Positions 1 through 10,406 of a stretch of DNA of 41,337 nucleotides are shown one piece after another; position 1 is the stretch's first letter, and every line of letters starts with the position of its first letter. The DNA is from an uncultured Cellulomonas sp. (GTDB lineage Bacteria > Actinomycetota > Actinomycetes > Actinomycetales > Cellulomonadaceae): contig CAZBIO010000028.1 of NCBI GenBank assembly GCA_964491965.1, positions 1 through 41,337 on the forward strand. The letters run 5' to 3'. The position numbers and the translations under genes were made by a program. The notes beneath the pieces are model-generated. The model did no database searches and was not told the origin of the DNA. It saw nothing but the letters and a program-made list of their open reading frames with translations.

Positions 1-1879
1 CCAGCGACGCGAGCGCGACGACGCGCTCACCCCGCTCGAGCTGCACCACCTCGCCCACCGGCACCCCGCCGGACAGCGACGGCGCGCCCTCGGTGGGCGG
101 CAACCCGGGCAGGTCGAGCACCGACAGCCGCACCATCCGGCCGGCGGAGGTGACGGCCCCGACGTCCGCGCGCGCCGTCGTCGCGACCGCGCCGGCGAGG
201 GCGTCGTGCCGGTGGCGGCCGCCCACGCGCGCCGGAGCCTCGTCGGTCGCCGTGCGCGCCCGCAGGCCGGTCGCCGACAGCAGCGCCCAGCACGGCGAGT
301 CCGCGATCTCCAGCGGCGCGGCGGCCGCCTTCTTCGTCGTCGTCCCGTTCGTCGCGGCGGCGCCCACCGCCGCGCCCCCCGCGGACTCCAGCAGGATGGT
401 GCGGCGCGGCGTGCCGTACGCCTGCGCCACCTCGGACATCTCGTCGGACACCGCGGTGCGCAGCAGGTGCTCGTCGGCCAGCAGCGCCTCCAGCGCGGCG
501 ATGTCGGCGAGCAGCTCGGCCTGCTCGCGCTCCAGCTCGATCCGGGAGAACCGGGTCAGGCGCCGCAGCCGCAGCTCGAGGATGTAGTCCGCCTGCGCCT
601 CCGACAGGTCGAACACGCCCATCAGCCGGGTCCGGGCCGCGTCGGCGTCGTCCGACGAGCGGATCACCTGGATCACCTCGTCGATGTCGAGGATCGCGAC
701 GAGCAGGCCCTCGACGAGGTGCAGCCGCTCGCGGCGGCGCGCCAGGCGGTACGCCGACCGGCGCCGCACCACCGTGATGCGGTGGTTGACCCACACCTCG
801 ATCAGCTCGCGCAGCCCCAGCGTGCGCGGGTGGCCGTCCACCAGGGCCACGTTGTTGATGGCGAACCCGTCCTCCAGCGGCGTCAGCCGGTACAGCTGCT
901 CGAGCACCGCCTCCGGGTCGAATCCCGCCTTGACCTCGACGACGATCCGCAGGCCGTGCGTGCCGTCGGTGAGGTCCACCGCGTCGGAGATCCCCGAGAT
1001 CTTCTTCGCCTTGACGCCCTCGGAGATCTTCTCGATCACCTTCTCCGGGCCGACGCCGAACGGCAGCTCCGTGACGACGATGCCCTTGCGCTTGGCGGTG
1101 ACGTTCTCGATCCGGGCGGTCGCCCGCGTGCGGAACTGGCCCCGCCCGGTGCGGTAGGCCTCGCGCACGCCCTCGAGCCCGACGATCTTGCCGCCGCCCG
1201 GCAGGTCCGGCCCGGGGACGAACCGCATGAGGTCGTCCAGCGTCGCGTCGGGGTGCATGACGAGGTGGCGGGCCGCCGCGACCACCTCGACGAGGTTGTG
1301 CGGCGCCATGTTGGTCGCCATGCCCACCGCGATGCCCGTCGCGCCGTTGACCAGCAGGTTCGGGATGGCAGACGGCAGCACCTCGGGCTGCTGGAGCTTG
1401 TTGTCGTAGTTCGGCACGAAGTCGACGACGTCCTCGTCGACCCCCTGCGTCATCGCCAGCGCCGCGGGCGCCAGGCGCGCCTCGGTGTACCGGGGCGCGG
1501 CCGGGCCGGCGTCGAGCGAGCCGAAGTTGCCGTGGCCGTCGACCAGCGGCAGGCGCAGCGAGAACGGCTGTGCGAGGCGGACCATCGCGTCGTAGATCGC
1601 GGCGTCGCCGTGCGGGTGCAGCTTGCCCATGACGTCGCCGACGACGCGCGCGCTCTTGACGTACGCCCGGTCGGGGCGCAGTCCCATCTCGCCCATCTGG
1701 AAGAGGATCCGGCGCTGCACCGGCTTGAGGCCGTCGCGCGCGTCCGGCAGCGCCCGGGCGTAGATGACGGAGTACGCGTACTCGAGGAACGAGCCCTCCA
1801 TCTCGGCCGCGACGTCGATGTCGACGATCTTCTCGACGAGGTCGTCGGGCGGCAGGCTCGGTGTGGGGCGACGCGCCAT
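1..1879 (-). CDS. parC: DNA topoisomerase IV/gyrase subunit A (actinobacterial TopoIV type), 3' end runs off the window
   Basis: Absent from the ORF track (no stop in window). Read by hand from ATG 1879: [59 protein letters not shown], then [10 protein letters not shown] and catalytic AAPRYTE. Same frame reads sensibly at position 2. The [10 protein letters not shown] signature and neighbourhood favour the TopoIV paralogue over GyrA. Confidence 0.9.
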   Translation of the reverse strand, partial: MARRPTPSLPPDDLVEKIVDIDVAAEMEGSFLEYAYSVIYARALPDARDGLKPVQRRILFQMGEMGLRPDRAYVKSARVVGDVMGKLHPHGDAAIYDAMVRLAQPFSLRLPLVDGHGNFGSLDAGPAAPRYTEARLAPAALAMTQGVDEDVVDFVPNYDNKLQQPEVLPSAIPNLLVNGATGIAVGMATNMAPHNLVEVVAAARHLVMHPDATLDDLMRFVPGPDLPGGGKIVGLEGVREAYRTGRGQFRTRATARIENVTAKRKGIVVTELPFGVGPEKVIEKISEGVKAKKISGISDAVDLTDGTHGLRIVVEVKAGFDPEAVLEQLYRLTPLEDGFAINNVALVDGHPRTLGLRELIEVWVNHRITVVRRRSAYRLARRRERLHLVEGLLVAILDIDEVIQVIRSSDDADAARTRLMGVFDLSEAQADYILELRLRRLTRFSRIELEREQAELLADIAALEALLADEHLLRTAVSDEMSEVAQAYGTPRRTILLESAGGAAVGAAATNGTTTKKAAAAPLEIADSPCWALLSATGLRARTATDEAPARVGGRHRHDALAGAVATTARADVGAVTSAGRMVRLSVLDLPGLPPTEGAPSLSGGVPVGEVVQLERGERVVALASL

Positions 1880-1994
1880 GCGGGCGGGACTCCTGGCTGG
1901 GACGTGGGGGCGGATGACCCGACCATTCTCGCCCGCGCCGCCCACACGCCCCCGCACCGACCCGCTGGCCCTCCCTGGACCACCCCCTTCGCAG

Positions 1995-2036
1995 CGTCCG
2001 AGGAACTGGGGCCTCTACCCCACAGTTCCTCGGACG
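1995..2036. repeat. Perfect 14-bp inverted repeat (REP-like hairpin) between divergent genes
   Basis: CGTCCGAGGAACTG (1995-2008) and CAGTTCCTCGGACG (2023-2036), with extra GGG/CCC pairing inside. Confidence 0.75.
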
Positions 2037-2071
2037 TTGGGTTGGGGGAGGGGCGGCCCTAGCCTGGTCGC

Positions 2072-4849
2072 ATGGCCGAGGCGGAGGGCAGTGTCGCCCC
2101 CGGGATCGCCGCGCCCGAGGCCGCCGCGCCCTACCCGGCCGCCTGGGAGGCGGACGTGGTGCTGCTCGACGGCACGACGACTCGCATCCGGCCCATTCGC
2201 CCCGCCGACGCCGACGCCCTCCAGGCGTTCCACATGGCCCAGTCGGAGCGCTCGACGTACTTCCGGTTCTTCCACCCGCTGGAACGCCTGCCGGCGCGGG
2301 TGCTCGAGCGGCTGGTCGCCGTGGACCACCGGGACCGGGTCGCCCTGGTCGCCGTCAGCGGGCCCGACGAGCGCATCATCGGCGTCGCCCGCTACGACCG
2401 CATCGACGCCGACGCCGCCGAGGTCGCCTTCAACGTCGCCGACGCGCACCAGGGCAAGGGCCTGGGCTCCGTGCTGCTGGAGCACCTCGCCGCCGCGGCG
2501 CGTGAGCGTGGCGTCCGGCGGTTCGCCGCCGAGGTGCTGCCCAGCAACGGCCGCATGCTCGCGGTGTTCCGCGACGCGGGGTACGAGCTGCACCAGCGCA
2601 GCGGCGAGGGCGTGGTCCAGGTGGCCTTCGACATCGACCCGACCGACCGGTCCGTCGAGGTGATGGCCGCCCGCGAGCACACCGCGGAAGCCCGCTCGAT
2701 GCGGGCGCTGTTCGAGGCGTCGTCCGTGCTCGTCGTCGGCCCGGGAGAGGGAGGCCCGGGAGAGGGAGGCCCGGGCGAGGGCGGCCCGGGAGAGGGCTGT
2801 CCGGGGGACGCCCGGCGGCCGCTGCACGCGGCGAGGGCGGCGCGCGTGTGCCGCGGGCTCTCGGCCGAGGCGATCGCCGGACGGGTCGCCGTCCACACGG
2901 TGGGCGTGTCCGGGGCGCCGGAGCCCGGGGCGGCGCGCTGGGCGTCGCTGGCGCAGGTGCCGCGGCCCGTCGACGTCGCCGTGCTCGCCACCGACGCCGA
3001 CCGGGCCGTCGCGCTCGTCGGCCAGCTCGCCGCGCTCGGCGTGCGCACCGTGGTGGTCCTCTCGGGTGGCTTCGCCGAGGAGGGCCCGGAGGGGCTGGAG
3101 CGGCAGCGGGCGCTCCTGCGCGCCGCGCACGGCTCGGGCATGCGGCTCGTCGGACCGTCGTCGTACGGCGTCGTGGCCACCGGGCCGGATCGCCTGCTCG
3201 ACCTCTCGCTGGCGGAGGACCTGCCACGACCCGGTGGCGTCGGCCTGTTCTGCCAGTCGGCGCCGTTCGCGGTCGCGCTGCTGCCCGCGCTGGCACGGCG
3301 GGGGCTCGGGCTGTCGCAGTTCCTGTCCTCCGGCCACCGCGCGGACGTCTCCGGCAACGACGTCATGCAGTTCTGGGGGGACGACGAACGCACCGTCGCC
3401 GTGGGCCTGCACCTGGAGTCAATCGGGAACCCCCGCAAGTTCTCCCGCGTGGCGCGCCGGCTCGCCGCGCGCAAGCCGGTCGTCGTCGTCACGGCGGCCC
3501 GGTCCGGCCAGGTGGTGCCGCCGGGGCATGCCGTGCGCACGACGAAGGCGCCGGGGCGCGCGTTCGGCGAGAAGCTGCGGCAGTCCGGCGTGATCCACGT
3601 CGAGAACACGCACCAGATGGCCGACGTGCTCCAGCTGGTCGCCTGCCAGCCGCTCCCCGCGGGCGCCCGCACCGGGGTCCTGGCGTCGTCCTCGTCGGTC
3701 GCGGCCCTGGTCGCCGCGCTCGCGGCGGGCCGGGGGCTGCTCGCCGAGCGGGTCGAGCTGGTGGCGGAGGACGCCTCGCCGGACCGGGTCCGCGAGGGGG
3801 TCGCGGCCCTCTACGCGTCCGGCGTCCAGGCCGTGATCGCCGTGCGGATCCCGGTGGTGGGCGCCCTGGACCGGCCGATGGCCCAGGAGGTGGCGCTGGC
3901 CGCCGCGGCCAGCGGGATCCCGACGGTCGCGGTGATGACCGGCCTGCACGGCCTCACCCCCGACCTCACGGCGCCCGACGCCACCGGGACGCCCCGCACC
4001 GTCCCGGCGTACGCGACGCCCGCCGACGCGTCGGTGGCGCTCGGGCACGTCGCCGCCTACGCCCGCTGGCGCGCGGCGGACCGCGGCCGGCCGCTCCACC
4101 CGTCCGGCCTGGACCTGCGAACGGCGCGCCGCCTGGTCGCCGGCTGGCTGACGGGGGCCGACCCGGTCGAGCTGGGCCCCGAGCGCACCGCCGAGCTCCT
4201 CGCCGCCGCCGGGATCGCCGTGGTGCCGGCGGCAGGCGTGCACGACGAGGAGGAGGCGCTGGCCGCGGCGCTCCGGCTCGGCTTCCCGGTGGCGCTGAAG
4301 ACCACCGCGCCCGCGCTGCGCCACCGCGCCGACCTCGGCGGGGTGCGGCTGGACCTGCCCGACGAGGCCGCGCTGCGGGCGGCGGTCGCGCAGGTGCTCG
4401 AGGCCGCGGCGGGTCAGGTGGTCGACGGCCCGCCGCTCGAGGTGCAGCCGATGGTGGAGCGCGGCGTCGCGTGCGTGGTCCGCTCCACCGAGGACCCGCT
4501 CTTCGGCCCGGTGGTCTCGTTCGGGCTCGGCGGCGACGCGACCGACCTGCTGGACGACGTCGCGCACGGCGTGCCGCCGCTGACGGACGTCGACGTGGCG
4601 GCGCTGGTGCGCGAGCCGCGCTCGTCGGCGCGGCTGTTCGGCTACCGGGGGCTGCCGGCCGCCGACGGCGCGGCGCTCGAGGACGTCGTCGGGCGCGTCG
4701 CGGCGCTCGCCGACGGCCTGCCGGAGCTGCGGTCGCTCGAGCTCAACCCCGTCCTCGCCGCGCCCGGCGGGGCGTTCGTGCTCCGGGCGCGGGCCCAGCT
4801 GGCGCCCGCGGACCGCGCGGCCGCCACGCGGCGCCTCGCGAGGTCGTGA
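2072..4849 (+). CDS. GNAT + CoA-binding/NDP-forming acyl-CoA synthetase-like protein (Pat-type protein lysine acetyltransferase)
   Basis: N-terminal GNAT (AEVAFNVADAHQGKGLGSVLLEHL), CoA-binding region (SSGHRADVSGND, LHLESIGNPRKFSR), C-terminal ATP-grasp-like region (EDPLFGPVVSFGLGG, LELNPV). Confidence 0.9.
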   Translation: MAEAEGSVAPGIAAPEAAAPYPAAWEADVVLLDGTTTRIRPIRPADADALQAFHMAQSERSTYFRFFHPLERLPARVLERLVAVDHRDRVALVAVSGPDERIIGVARYDRIDADAAEVAFNVADAHQGKGLGSVLLEHLAAAARERGVRRFAAEVLPSNGRMLAVFRDAGYELHQRSGEGVVQVAFDIDPTDRSVEVMAAREHTAEARSMRALFEASSVLVVGPGEGGPGEGGPGEGGPGEGCPGDARRPLHAARAARVCRGLSAEAIAGRVAVHTVGVSGAPEPGAARWASLAQVPRPVDVAVLATDADRAVALVGQLAALGVRTVVVLSGGFAEEGPEGLERQRALLRAAHGSGMRLVGPSSYGVVATGPDRLLDLSLAEDLPRPGGVGLFCQSAPFAVALLPALARRGLGLSQFLSSGHRADVSGNDVMQFWGDDERTVAVGLHLESIGNPRKFSRVARRLAARKPVVVVTAARSGQVVPPGHAVRTTKAPGRAFGEKLRQSGVIHVENTHQMADVLQLVACQPLPAGARTGVLASSSSVAALVAALAAGRGLLAERVELVAEDASPDRVREGVAALYASGVQAVIAVRIPVVGALDRPMAQEVALAAAASGIPTVAVMTGLHGLTPDLTAPDATGTPRTVPAYATPADASVALGHVAAYARWRAADRGRPLHPSGLDLRTARRLVAGWLTGADPVELGPERTAELLAAAGIAVVPAAGVHDEEEALAAALRLGFPVALKTTAPALRHRADLGGVRLDLPDEAALRAAVAQVLEAAAGQVVDGPPLEVQPMVERGVACVVRSTEDPLFGPVVSFGLGGDATDLLDDVAHGVPPLTDVDVAALVREPRSSARLFGYRGLPAADGAALEDVVGRVAALADGLPELRSLELNPVLAAPGGAFVLRARAQLAPADRAAATRRLARS
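2738..2797 (+). repeat. In-frame 15-bp tandem repeat x4 encoding (GPGEG)4
   Basis: ggcccgggagaggga twice, then ggcccgggcgagggc and ggcccgggagagggc. Confidence 0.9.
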
Positions 4850-4878
4850 CGCGCCGTGCCGGATGGGAGGATGGCCCG

Positions 4879-5448
4879 GTGGCACTGATCCGTGACCTGC
4901 ACCGCGACCTCGATCGCGCCGGGTACTACCCGCAGCTCGTCGCCGACGTGCTCGACGTGGCGCTGGCGGGCGAGCCGGTGGTCGCACACCTGGTGTACCC
5001 GGAGACCACGTTCGACGCGGCCGAGGTCCGCCGCCACGTCACCGTGCTGGTGCTGACGCCGTCGCGCCTGGTCGTCGCCCACGTCGACGACAACCCCGCC
5101 GACCTGGACCACCCGGCCCCGAGCGCGGCCGCGACCACGGAGGCGGTCCCGCTGCGGGAGCTCCGCTCGGTGGCCCTGACCCACGTGCTGCAGGACCCGC
5201 AGCGCCACCGGCAGGGGGAGGCGCCCGCGGAGGTGACCCTCGCGCTCGGCTGGGGCGCGGTCAGCCGGGTCGACCTCGAGCCCGCCACCTGCGGCGACCC
5301 CGAGTGCGAGGCCGACCACGGGCTCACCGGCACCCTGACGCCCGACGACGTGGTGGTGCGCGTCAGCGCCGCGGCCGAGGGCAAGGACGCGGTGCGGGCC
5401 GCGGTGGCCTTCGCGCGCCAGCTCTCGGCGGCGACCGCCGCGCGATGA
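4879..5448 (+). CDS. DUF5998 family protein
   Basis: GTG start; LDRAGYYPQLVADVL...ETTFDAAEVRRHVTVLVLT...LGWGAVSRVDLEPATCGDPECEADHG; usual position before the phosphatase-family gene. Confidence 0.8.
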   Translation: MALIRDLHRDLDRAGYYPQLVADVLDVALAGEPVVAHLVYPETTFDAAEVRRHVTVLVLTPSRLVVAHVDDNPADLDHPAPSAAATTEAVPLRELRSVALTHVLQDPQRHRQGEAPAEVTLALGWGAVSRVDLEPATCGDPECEADHGLTGTLTPDDVVVRVSAAAEGKDAVRAAVAFARQLSAATAAR

Positions 5449-6596
5449 CTGAGGCCGCATCCGTCGCGCAACTCGTCCTGCCCGGCCGGTCGGGCCGCTG
5501 GGTGGGCCGGGTGCTGCCGGCCGTCGCCGGTGCCGTCGGGGCCGACCTGCCGGGGGCCGACGAGGCCCGCACGGGGCTGGGCCTGCCCCGTGCCGACCGC
5601 GTCGTCGTGGTGCTCATCGACGGGCTGGGCCACCGCAACCTGTCCGAGCGAGCGGGCCACGCGCCGTTCCTCCGCTCGCTGCTCGACGGCGCGGAGCCGC
5701 TGACCACCACGTTCCCGTCGACCACCGCCACGGCGATGGGCAGCTTCGGCACGGGCCTGGCGCCCGGCGAGACGGGCCTGCTCGGCTACACGGTGCGCGA
5801 GCCGGCGACCGGCGCCCTCGCGAACATGGTCCAGTGGACGGGCCTGCCGGACCCGGAGACGTGGCAGCCGGCGCCGAGTGTCCCCGCCCGCCTGGTCGAC
5901 GCGGGGGTGTCCGTCACGAGCGTCGGCCCGGCGAGGTTCGCCGGCTCGGGCCTGACGAGGGCGGCGCTGCGCGGCGCGACCTACCGCGGTGCCGACCGGC
6001 CCGACGACCGCGTCGCGGCGGCGATCGACGCGCTGCGCCGCCCCGGCGTCGTCTACCTGTACTGGGGCGAGGTAGACAGCACGGGCCACCACCACGGCTG
6101 GGGCTCCTGGCAGTGGGGCGACGAGCTGGCGGCGATCGACGCGCACCTGGCGTCGCTGGCACGGCGGCTGCCGCGCGGCACGGTGCTCGCCGTCACCGCC
6201 GACCACGGCATGGTGGACCGCGACCCCACGCAGCGGTGGGACGTCGCGACCGACGCGGCGCTGTCGCGCGACGTCGCGGTGGTGGCGGGGGAGCCGCGCG
6301 CGCTCCACGTCCACCTGGTGCCGGGTTCCGACCCGGCGGAGGTTGCGAGTCGCTGGCGCGAGCGCCTCGGCGACGCCGCGCTCGTCGTCACGCACGACGA
6401 GGCGCTGGCGGACGGCTGGTTCGGTCCGGTGCGTGAGGCGGTGGCGCCGGTGGTCGGCGACCTCGTCGTCGCGATGCGGGGGCGGGCCACCGTCGTGGAC
6501 TCGCGGACCCAGACGCCGGCCTCGCTGGAGCTCGTCGGGGTCCACGGGTCGCTGACGGCGGCGGAGATGCAGGTGCCGTGGCTGGTGCGGCAGTGA
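5445..6596 (+). CDS. Alkaline phosphatase superfamily protein (nucleotide pyrophosphatase/phosphodiesterase type)
   Basis: LIDGLG, FPSTTA, VDSTGH, TADHGM, GVHGS metal-binding motifs; ATGA overlap with the upstream stop. Confidence 0.88.
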   Translation: MTEAASVAQLVLPGRSGRWVGRVLPAVAGAVGADLPGADEARTGLGLPRADRVVVVLIDGLGHRNLSERAGHAPFLRSLLDGAEPLTTTFPSTTATAMGSFGTGLAPGETGLLGYTVREPATGALANMVQWTGLPDPETWQPAPSVPARLVDAGVSVTSVGPARFAGSGLTRAALRGATYRGADRPDDRVAAAIDALRRPGVVYLYWGEVDSTGHHHGWGSWQWGDELAAIDAHLASLARRLPRGTVLAVTADHGMVDRDPTQRWDVATDAALSRDVAVVAGEPRALHVHLVPGSDPAEVASRWRERLGDAALVVTHDEALADGWFGPVREAVAPVVGDLVVAMRGRATVVDSRTQTPASLELVGVHGSLTAAEMQVPWLVRQ

Positions 6597-6612
6597 ACGA
6601 GAGGCGTTGAGG

Positions 6613-7224
6613 GTGGCCGAGCTGGTGTTCTTCTCGGGGACGATGGACAGCGGGAAGTCGACGCTGGCCCTCCAGACGCACCACAACCACGAGGCGCGCG
6701 GCCTGGACGGGCTGCTCTACACGCGGCAGGACCGCGCCGGCGAGTCGGTGATCAGCTCCCGCCTCGGCCTGACGCACCCGGCCGTCGAGGTGACCGACCG
6801 GACGGACTTCCTCGCCGAGCTCACCGCCCGCCGCGCCGCGGGGCACGCCGTCGACTACGTGGTGGCCGACGAGGCGCAGTTCTACTCGGCCGAGCAGGTG
6901 GAGCAGCTGGCCCGCGTGGTCGACGAGATGGGGATCGACGTGTTCGCGTTCGGCATCACCACGGACTTCCGCACTCGGCTGTTCCCGGGGTCGGCGCGGC
7001 TGATCGAGCTGGCCGACCGCGTCGAGGTGCTCCAGGTGACGTCGCTGTGCTGGTGCGGCGCGCGCGCCACGCACAACGCCCGCACCGTGAACGGCGTCAT
7101 GGTGGTGGAGGGCGAGCAGGTGGTGGTGGGCGGCACCGACGCGGGCGCGGCGGTCACGTACGAGGTGCTGTGCCGGCGTCACCACATGGCACGGATGACA
7201 TCGGTGCACACGCACCTGCTGTAG
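6613..7224 (+). CDS. tdk: Thymidine kinase
   Basis: GTMDSGKST P-loop, VADEAQF, FGITTDFR, zinc ligands CWCG...YEVLCRRH. Confidence 0.95.
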   Translation: MAELVFFSGTMDSGKSTLALQTHHNHEARGLDGLLYTRQDRAGESVISSRLGLTHPAVEVTDRTDFLAELTARRAAGHAVDYVVADEAQFYSAEQVEQLARVVDEMGIDVFAFGITTDFRTRLFPGSARLIELADRVEVLQVTSLCWCGARATHNARTVNGVMVVEGEQVVVGGTDAGAAVTYEVLCRRHHMARMTSVHTHLL

Positions 7225-7242
7225 GGCTCACCCCGGGTAGGG

Positions 7243-8340
7243 CTACTCCGGCTTGGCGCCGAAGACGATCTCGTCCCAGCTGGGCACCTTGGCCCGGCCG
7301 CGGCGCGTCGGGCGCGGGCGCTCGTCGGTGTGTGGCTCGGCGGCGGGCGGCTGCGCCGCGTGGTGCTGCGCCGCGTGGTGCTGGGCGGGGACCTCCGCCA
7401 CGCTGCCGAGGTCGAGCGTGCCCTCGACCGGCGCGTCGGCGGCGTCGTCCCCGCCCGTGCTGGGTTCCGGCACCGCGACCGGCGCCGGGTAGACCCGCGC
7501 CTGACCCGCCGGGTGCGCGTCGGCGGGGTGAGCCCCCGGGACGTCGAACGGGCCCAGGTCGAACGCCACCTGCGGGCCGAAGCCCTCGAAGTCGTCGTCG
7601 GCGTCCAGCTCCACCGGCTGGCGGTGCCCGCGGCGCGCCGAGAGGTCGTCGAGCAGCGTCGCGGTGCGGTCGGGCTCCGGCGCCGGCTCCGCGCCCAGCG
7701 GGGGCACCGGAGCGGTGGGCAGGTCGAAGACCACGTCGCGCACGGCGGCCAGGTGCCGCCGCGCCACGGGCTCGTCGAGCTCGGTCTCCGACAGCCAGCG
7801 CGCCTCGTCCTCGACGGCCGTCAGCGCGTGCGACGAGGTGTCGAACGCCCAGCGGGCCTCGCGCGGCTCGCCGCCGACCTCGAAGCGGGCGAGGACGCTC
7901 CACGGGCCGGAACCCTCGCGGGCGGCGTCCCAGGCGAGCGACGCGACGTCGACGCCGCGGCTGGCGAGGCGGTCGGTGACGAGGTCGCCGAGGGTGGGCG
8001 CGCCCTGCTCGTGACGCACGCTCGTGTCGCGCGCCAGCTCGGCGACGTACTCGCGCTCCGCCAGCACGGGGCCCTCGTAGCGGCGCACCGACTCGACGGG
8101 CAGCCCCGCCGAGTCCGCGACCTCCTGGGCCGTCGCGCCGGCGCGGATGCGCGCCTGGATCTCGCGGGGGGACAGCACGCTCGCCTGCTCGGCGCGCAGC
8201 TGCTCCAGCTGGGGACGGTCCCGGCGCACGGCGGCGCGCAGGGGTTCGTCGATCCGCAGCCGGTGCTGCTGCCCGTCGGGGGCGGTCAGCACCAGGTGCT
8301 CACCGTCGTCGTCCAGGCCCACCAGCTCGAGCTCGGCCAT
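7243..8340 (-). CDS. sepH: Septation protein SepH (DUF3071)
   Basis: MAELELVGLDDDGEHLVL, LSPREIQARIRAGAT, VRRYEGPVLAERE, C-terminal RAKVPSWDEIVFG; AAAGGGAGG RBS upstream. Confidence 0.9.
   Translation of the reverse strand: MAELELVGLDDDGEHLVLTAPDGQQHRLRIDEPLRAAVRRDRPQLEQLRAEQASVLSPREIQARIRAGATAQEVADSAGLPVESVRRYEGPVLAEREYVAELARDTSVRHEQGAPTLGDLVTDRLASRGVDVASLAWDAAREGSGPWSVLARFEVGGEPREARWAFDTSSHALTAVEDEARWLSETELDEPVARRHLAAVRDVVFDLPTAPVPPLGAEPAPEPDRTATLLDDLSARRGHRQPVELDADDDFEGFGPQVAFDLGPFDVPGAHPADAHPAGQARVYPAPVAVPEPSTGGDDAADAPVEGTLDLGSVAEVPAQHHAAQHHAAQPPAAEPHTDERPRPTRRGRAKVPSWDEIVFGAKPE
7351..7383. repeat. Perfect 15-bp tandem duplication inside sepH (encodes QHHAA repeats)
   Basis: ctgcgccgcgtggtg twice plus ctg. 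Confidence 0.8.
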
Positions 8341-8483
8341 GCTGCCTCCCTTTCGCCGGTTCAGGTTCTCACCCGAACGGCGCACATGCGCGCAGGGGAG
8401 CCGGTGTGGCGCGGGGTGCGGCGCCCCCGGGCGCCACCCGGACGTCCCGCGGGCCACCTGCCATGGCGCGGCAGGATGGGCGC

Positions 8484-9326
8484 GTGACGGTGGACGGCGT
8501 GGACGTGTCAGAACTGGTCGCGGTGGCCGAGCAGGTCGCCCGGGAGGCCGGGAAGCTGGTGCACGACGGCCGGCCCGGACGGGTGACGGTCGCGGCGACC
8601 AAGTCCAGCCCGCAGGACGTGGTCACGGCGATGGACCTCGCCTCGGAGGACCTCATCCGGCGGCGACTGGCGGAGCTCCGGCCCGACGACGGGGTGCTCG
8701 GCGAGGAGGGCGGATACCGGCCCGGGGCCAGCGGCATCACGTGGGTGGTCGACCCGATCGACGGCACCGTCAACTACCTCTACGGCCTGCCGGCCTATGC
8801 GGTCTCGATCGCCGCGGTCACGGGCCCGGCCGGCGAGGTGCCGCAACCGCGCACCTGGACGGCGCTCGCCGGCTGCGTGCACGGGCCTGCGGTCGACGAG
8901 ACGTACACGGCCGCCCGCGGCGCCGGCGCGTGGGCCGACGGGGCGCCGCTGACGATCGGCGACGGCCCGGCGGACCTCTCGCTCAGCCTGGTCGGCACCG
9001 GCTTCGGCTACCGGGCCGAGCGGCGCCGCGCGCAGGCGCGCGTGCTGGCGACGCTGTTGCCGCGGGTGCGCGACATCCGGCGCGTCGGGTCGGCGGCCCT
9101 CGACCTGTGCTGGGTGGCGACCGGCCGGCTCGACCTCCACTACGAGCGGGGTCTCAACCCGTGGGACATGGCCGCCGGCGCGCTGGTGGTCACCGAGGCG
9201 GGCGGGGTCGTGCGCGGCCTGCACGGCGAGCCGGGGGACGAACAGATGGCCGTGACGGGACCCGCGCGGCTGGTGGAGCAGATGGTGGAGCTGCTGGCCG
9301 CGGTGGGCGCCGACACCGACGACTGA
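8484..9326 (+). CDS. suhB: Inositol monophosphatase family protein
   Basis: LGEEG, WVVDPIDGTVNY, RRVGSAALDLC, WDMAAG; start could be ATG 8463 instead. Confidence 0.88.
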   Translation: MTVDGVDVSELVAVAEQVAREAGKLVHDGRPGRVTVAATKSSPQDVVTAMDLASEDLIRRRLAELRPDDGVLGEEGGYRPGASGITWVVDPIDGTVNYLYGLPAYAVSIAAVTGPAGEVPQPRTWTALAGCVHGPAVDETYTAARGAGAWADGAPLTIGDGPADLSLSLVGTGFGYRAERRRAQARVLATLLPRVRDIRRVGSAALDLCWVATGRLDLHYERGLNPWDMAAGALVVTEAGGVVRGLHGEPGDEQMAVTGPARLVEQMVELLAAVGADTDD

Positions 9327-9410
9327 GGGCCTTCGGACGCGCCACGTGAGCCGGCGTTCGCACTGGTCCGCCTGATGGTGCACAATCCCTCCGCGCACAG
9401 TGCCGGGAGC

Positions 9411-9437
9411 GGGAACAAAACGCGGTCCCCGGCGATT
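9411..9437 (+). promoter_or_regulatory. Possible SigH/SigR-type ECF promoter
   Basis: GGAAC-N18-ATT, one mismatch to the GGAAY-N18-GTT consensus. Confidence 0.3.
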
Positions 9438-9480
9438 GAGCACCCGTACAACACAGCCCAGACATGGATTGCGAGCCAGC

Positions 9481-9780
9481 ATGGCGACCGACTACGACGC
9501 TCCCCGCAAGCTCGAGGAGGACCTCACCGAGGACTCCCTCCAGGAGCTCCAGGCGCGCCGCTCGGACAAGAACTCGGGTGTGGTCGACGAGGACGAGACG
9601 GAGGCCGCCGAGGGTTTCGAGCTGCCCGGAGCGGACCTTTCCGGCGAGGAGCTCTCGGTCCGAGTCCTGCCCCGGCAGGCCGACGAGTTCACCTGTTCCC
9701 GGTGCTTCCTGGTGCACCACCGCAGCCAGCTCGCCTACGAGCGTGATGGCCAGCCCGTCTGCACGGAGTGCGCTGCCTGA
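9481..9780 (+). CDS. DUF4193 family protein (C-terminal CxxC...CxxC)
   Basis: MATDYDAPRK...FELPGADLSGEELSVRVLPRQADEFTCSRCFLVHHRSQL...CTEC. Confidence 0.92.
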   Translation: MATDYDAPRKLEEDLTEDSLQELQARRSDKNSGVVDEDETEAAEGFELPGADLSGEELSVRVLPRQADEFTCSRCFLVHHRSQLAYERDGQPVCTECAA

Positions 9781-9791
9781 ACCACCCGTTC

Positions 9792-9828
9792 ACGGCCGGC
9801 CCCCATCTCGGGGTGCCGGCCGTTTCTC
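9792..9828 (+). terminator. Intrinsic terminator between convergent genes
   Basis: acggccggc-cccc/atctc/gggg-t-gccggccgt followed by ttct. Confidence 0.75.
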
Positions 9829-10294
9829 ATGCCCGCCGGGGGCCGTCGGCGGCCCGCAGCGCGGCCGCCAGCTCGTCGGGCCGGCGCGTGGAGACGATCC
9901 AGTAGGGCGTCGGGTCCCCGGGGTCGGTCAGCTCCACCCGCACCGCCCGGCGCACCCAGCCGCGCAGGCAGACGTACGCGCGGCCGTCGAGCCCCGGCCC
10001 CAGCTCGGCGCGCAGCTCGGCGCCGGCCAGCGGGCGGGCCTCGCCGAGCAGCCCGAGCGGCACGTGCGCACGCCCGGCGCGCAGCTCGCCACCGGCCACC
10101 TCCACCCGTGGGGTCACCGCCGCCGTCCCGACGAGGGCACCGGCGAGGGCCAGCACGCCGACGACGGCCGCCAGCAGCTGGTCGATCGGCAGGAGGACCA
10201 GCCCGACACTGGCCGCGAGTCCCACGACGACGACCCAGCCGACGGGACCGGGCCACAGCCGCTCGCGGAACGCCGCCCCCTGCTCGTCGGTCAC
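9827..10294 (-). CDS. DUF3093 family membrane protein
   Basis: FRERLWP, two hydrophobic segments, [25 protein letters not shown]; divergent from dut as is typical. Confidence 0.88.
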   Translation of the reverse strand: MTDEQGAAFRERLWPGPVGWVVVVGLAASVGLVLLPIDQLLAAVVGVLALAGALVGTAAVTPRVEVAGGELRAGRAHVPLGLLGEARPLAGAELRAELGPGLDGRAYVCLRGWVRRAVRVELTDPGDPTPYWIVSTRRPDELAAALRAADGPRRA

Positions 10295-10406
10295 GGGCGC
10301 CAGCATCCCATGTGCCGGGCGGCGGGCCGGGGACGCCGCGGGACGAGGGCGACCGCGGGCCCGCGGTCGTGTCGACCGGGCGGGGCGCGAGGTAGGGTCG
10401 GCCACC

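Noticed and set aside
1590-1620. Ala at the Ser83-equivalent QRDR position ([10 protein letters not shown]) as acquired quinolone resistance
   Set aside because: Ala at this position occurs naturally in many actinobacterial type II topoisomerases.
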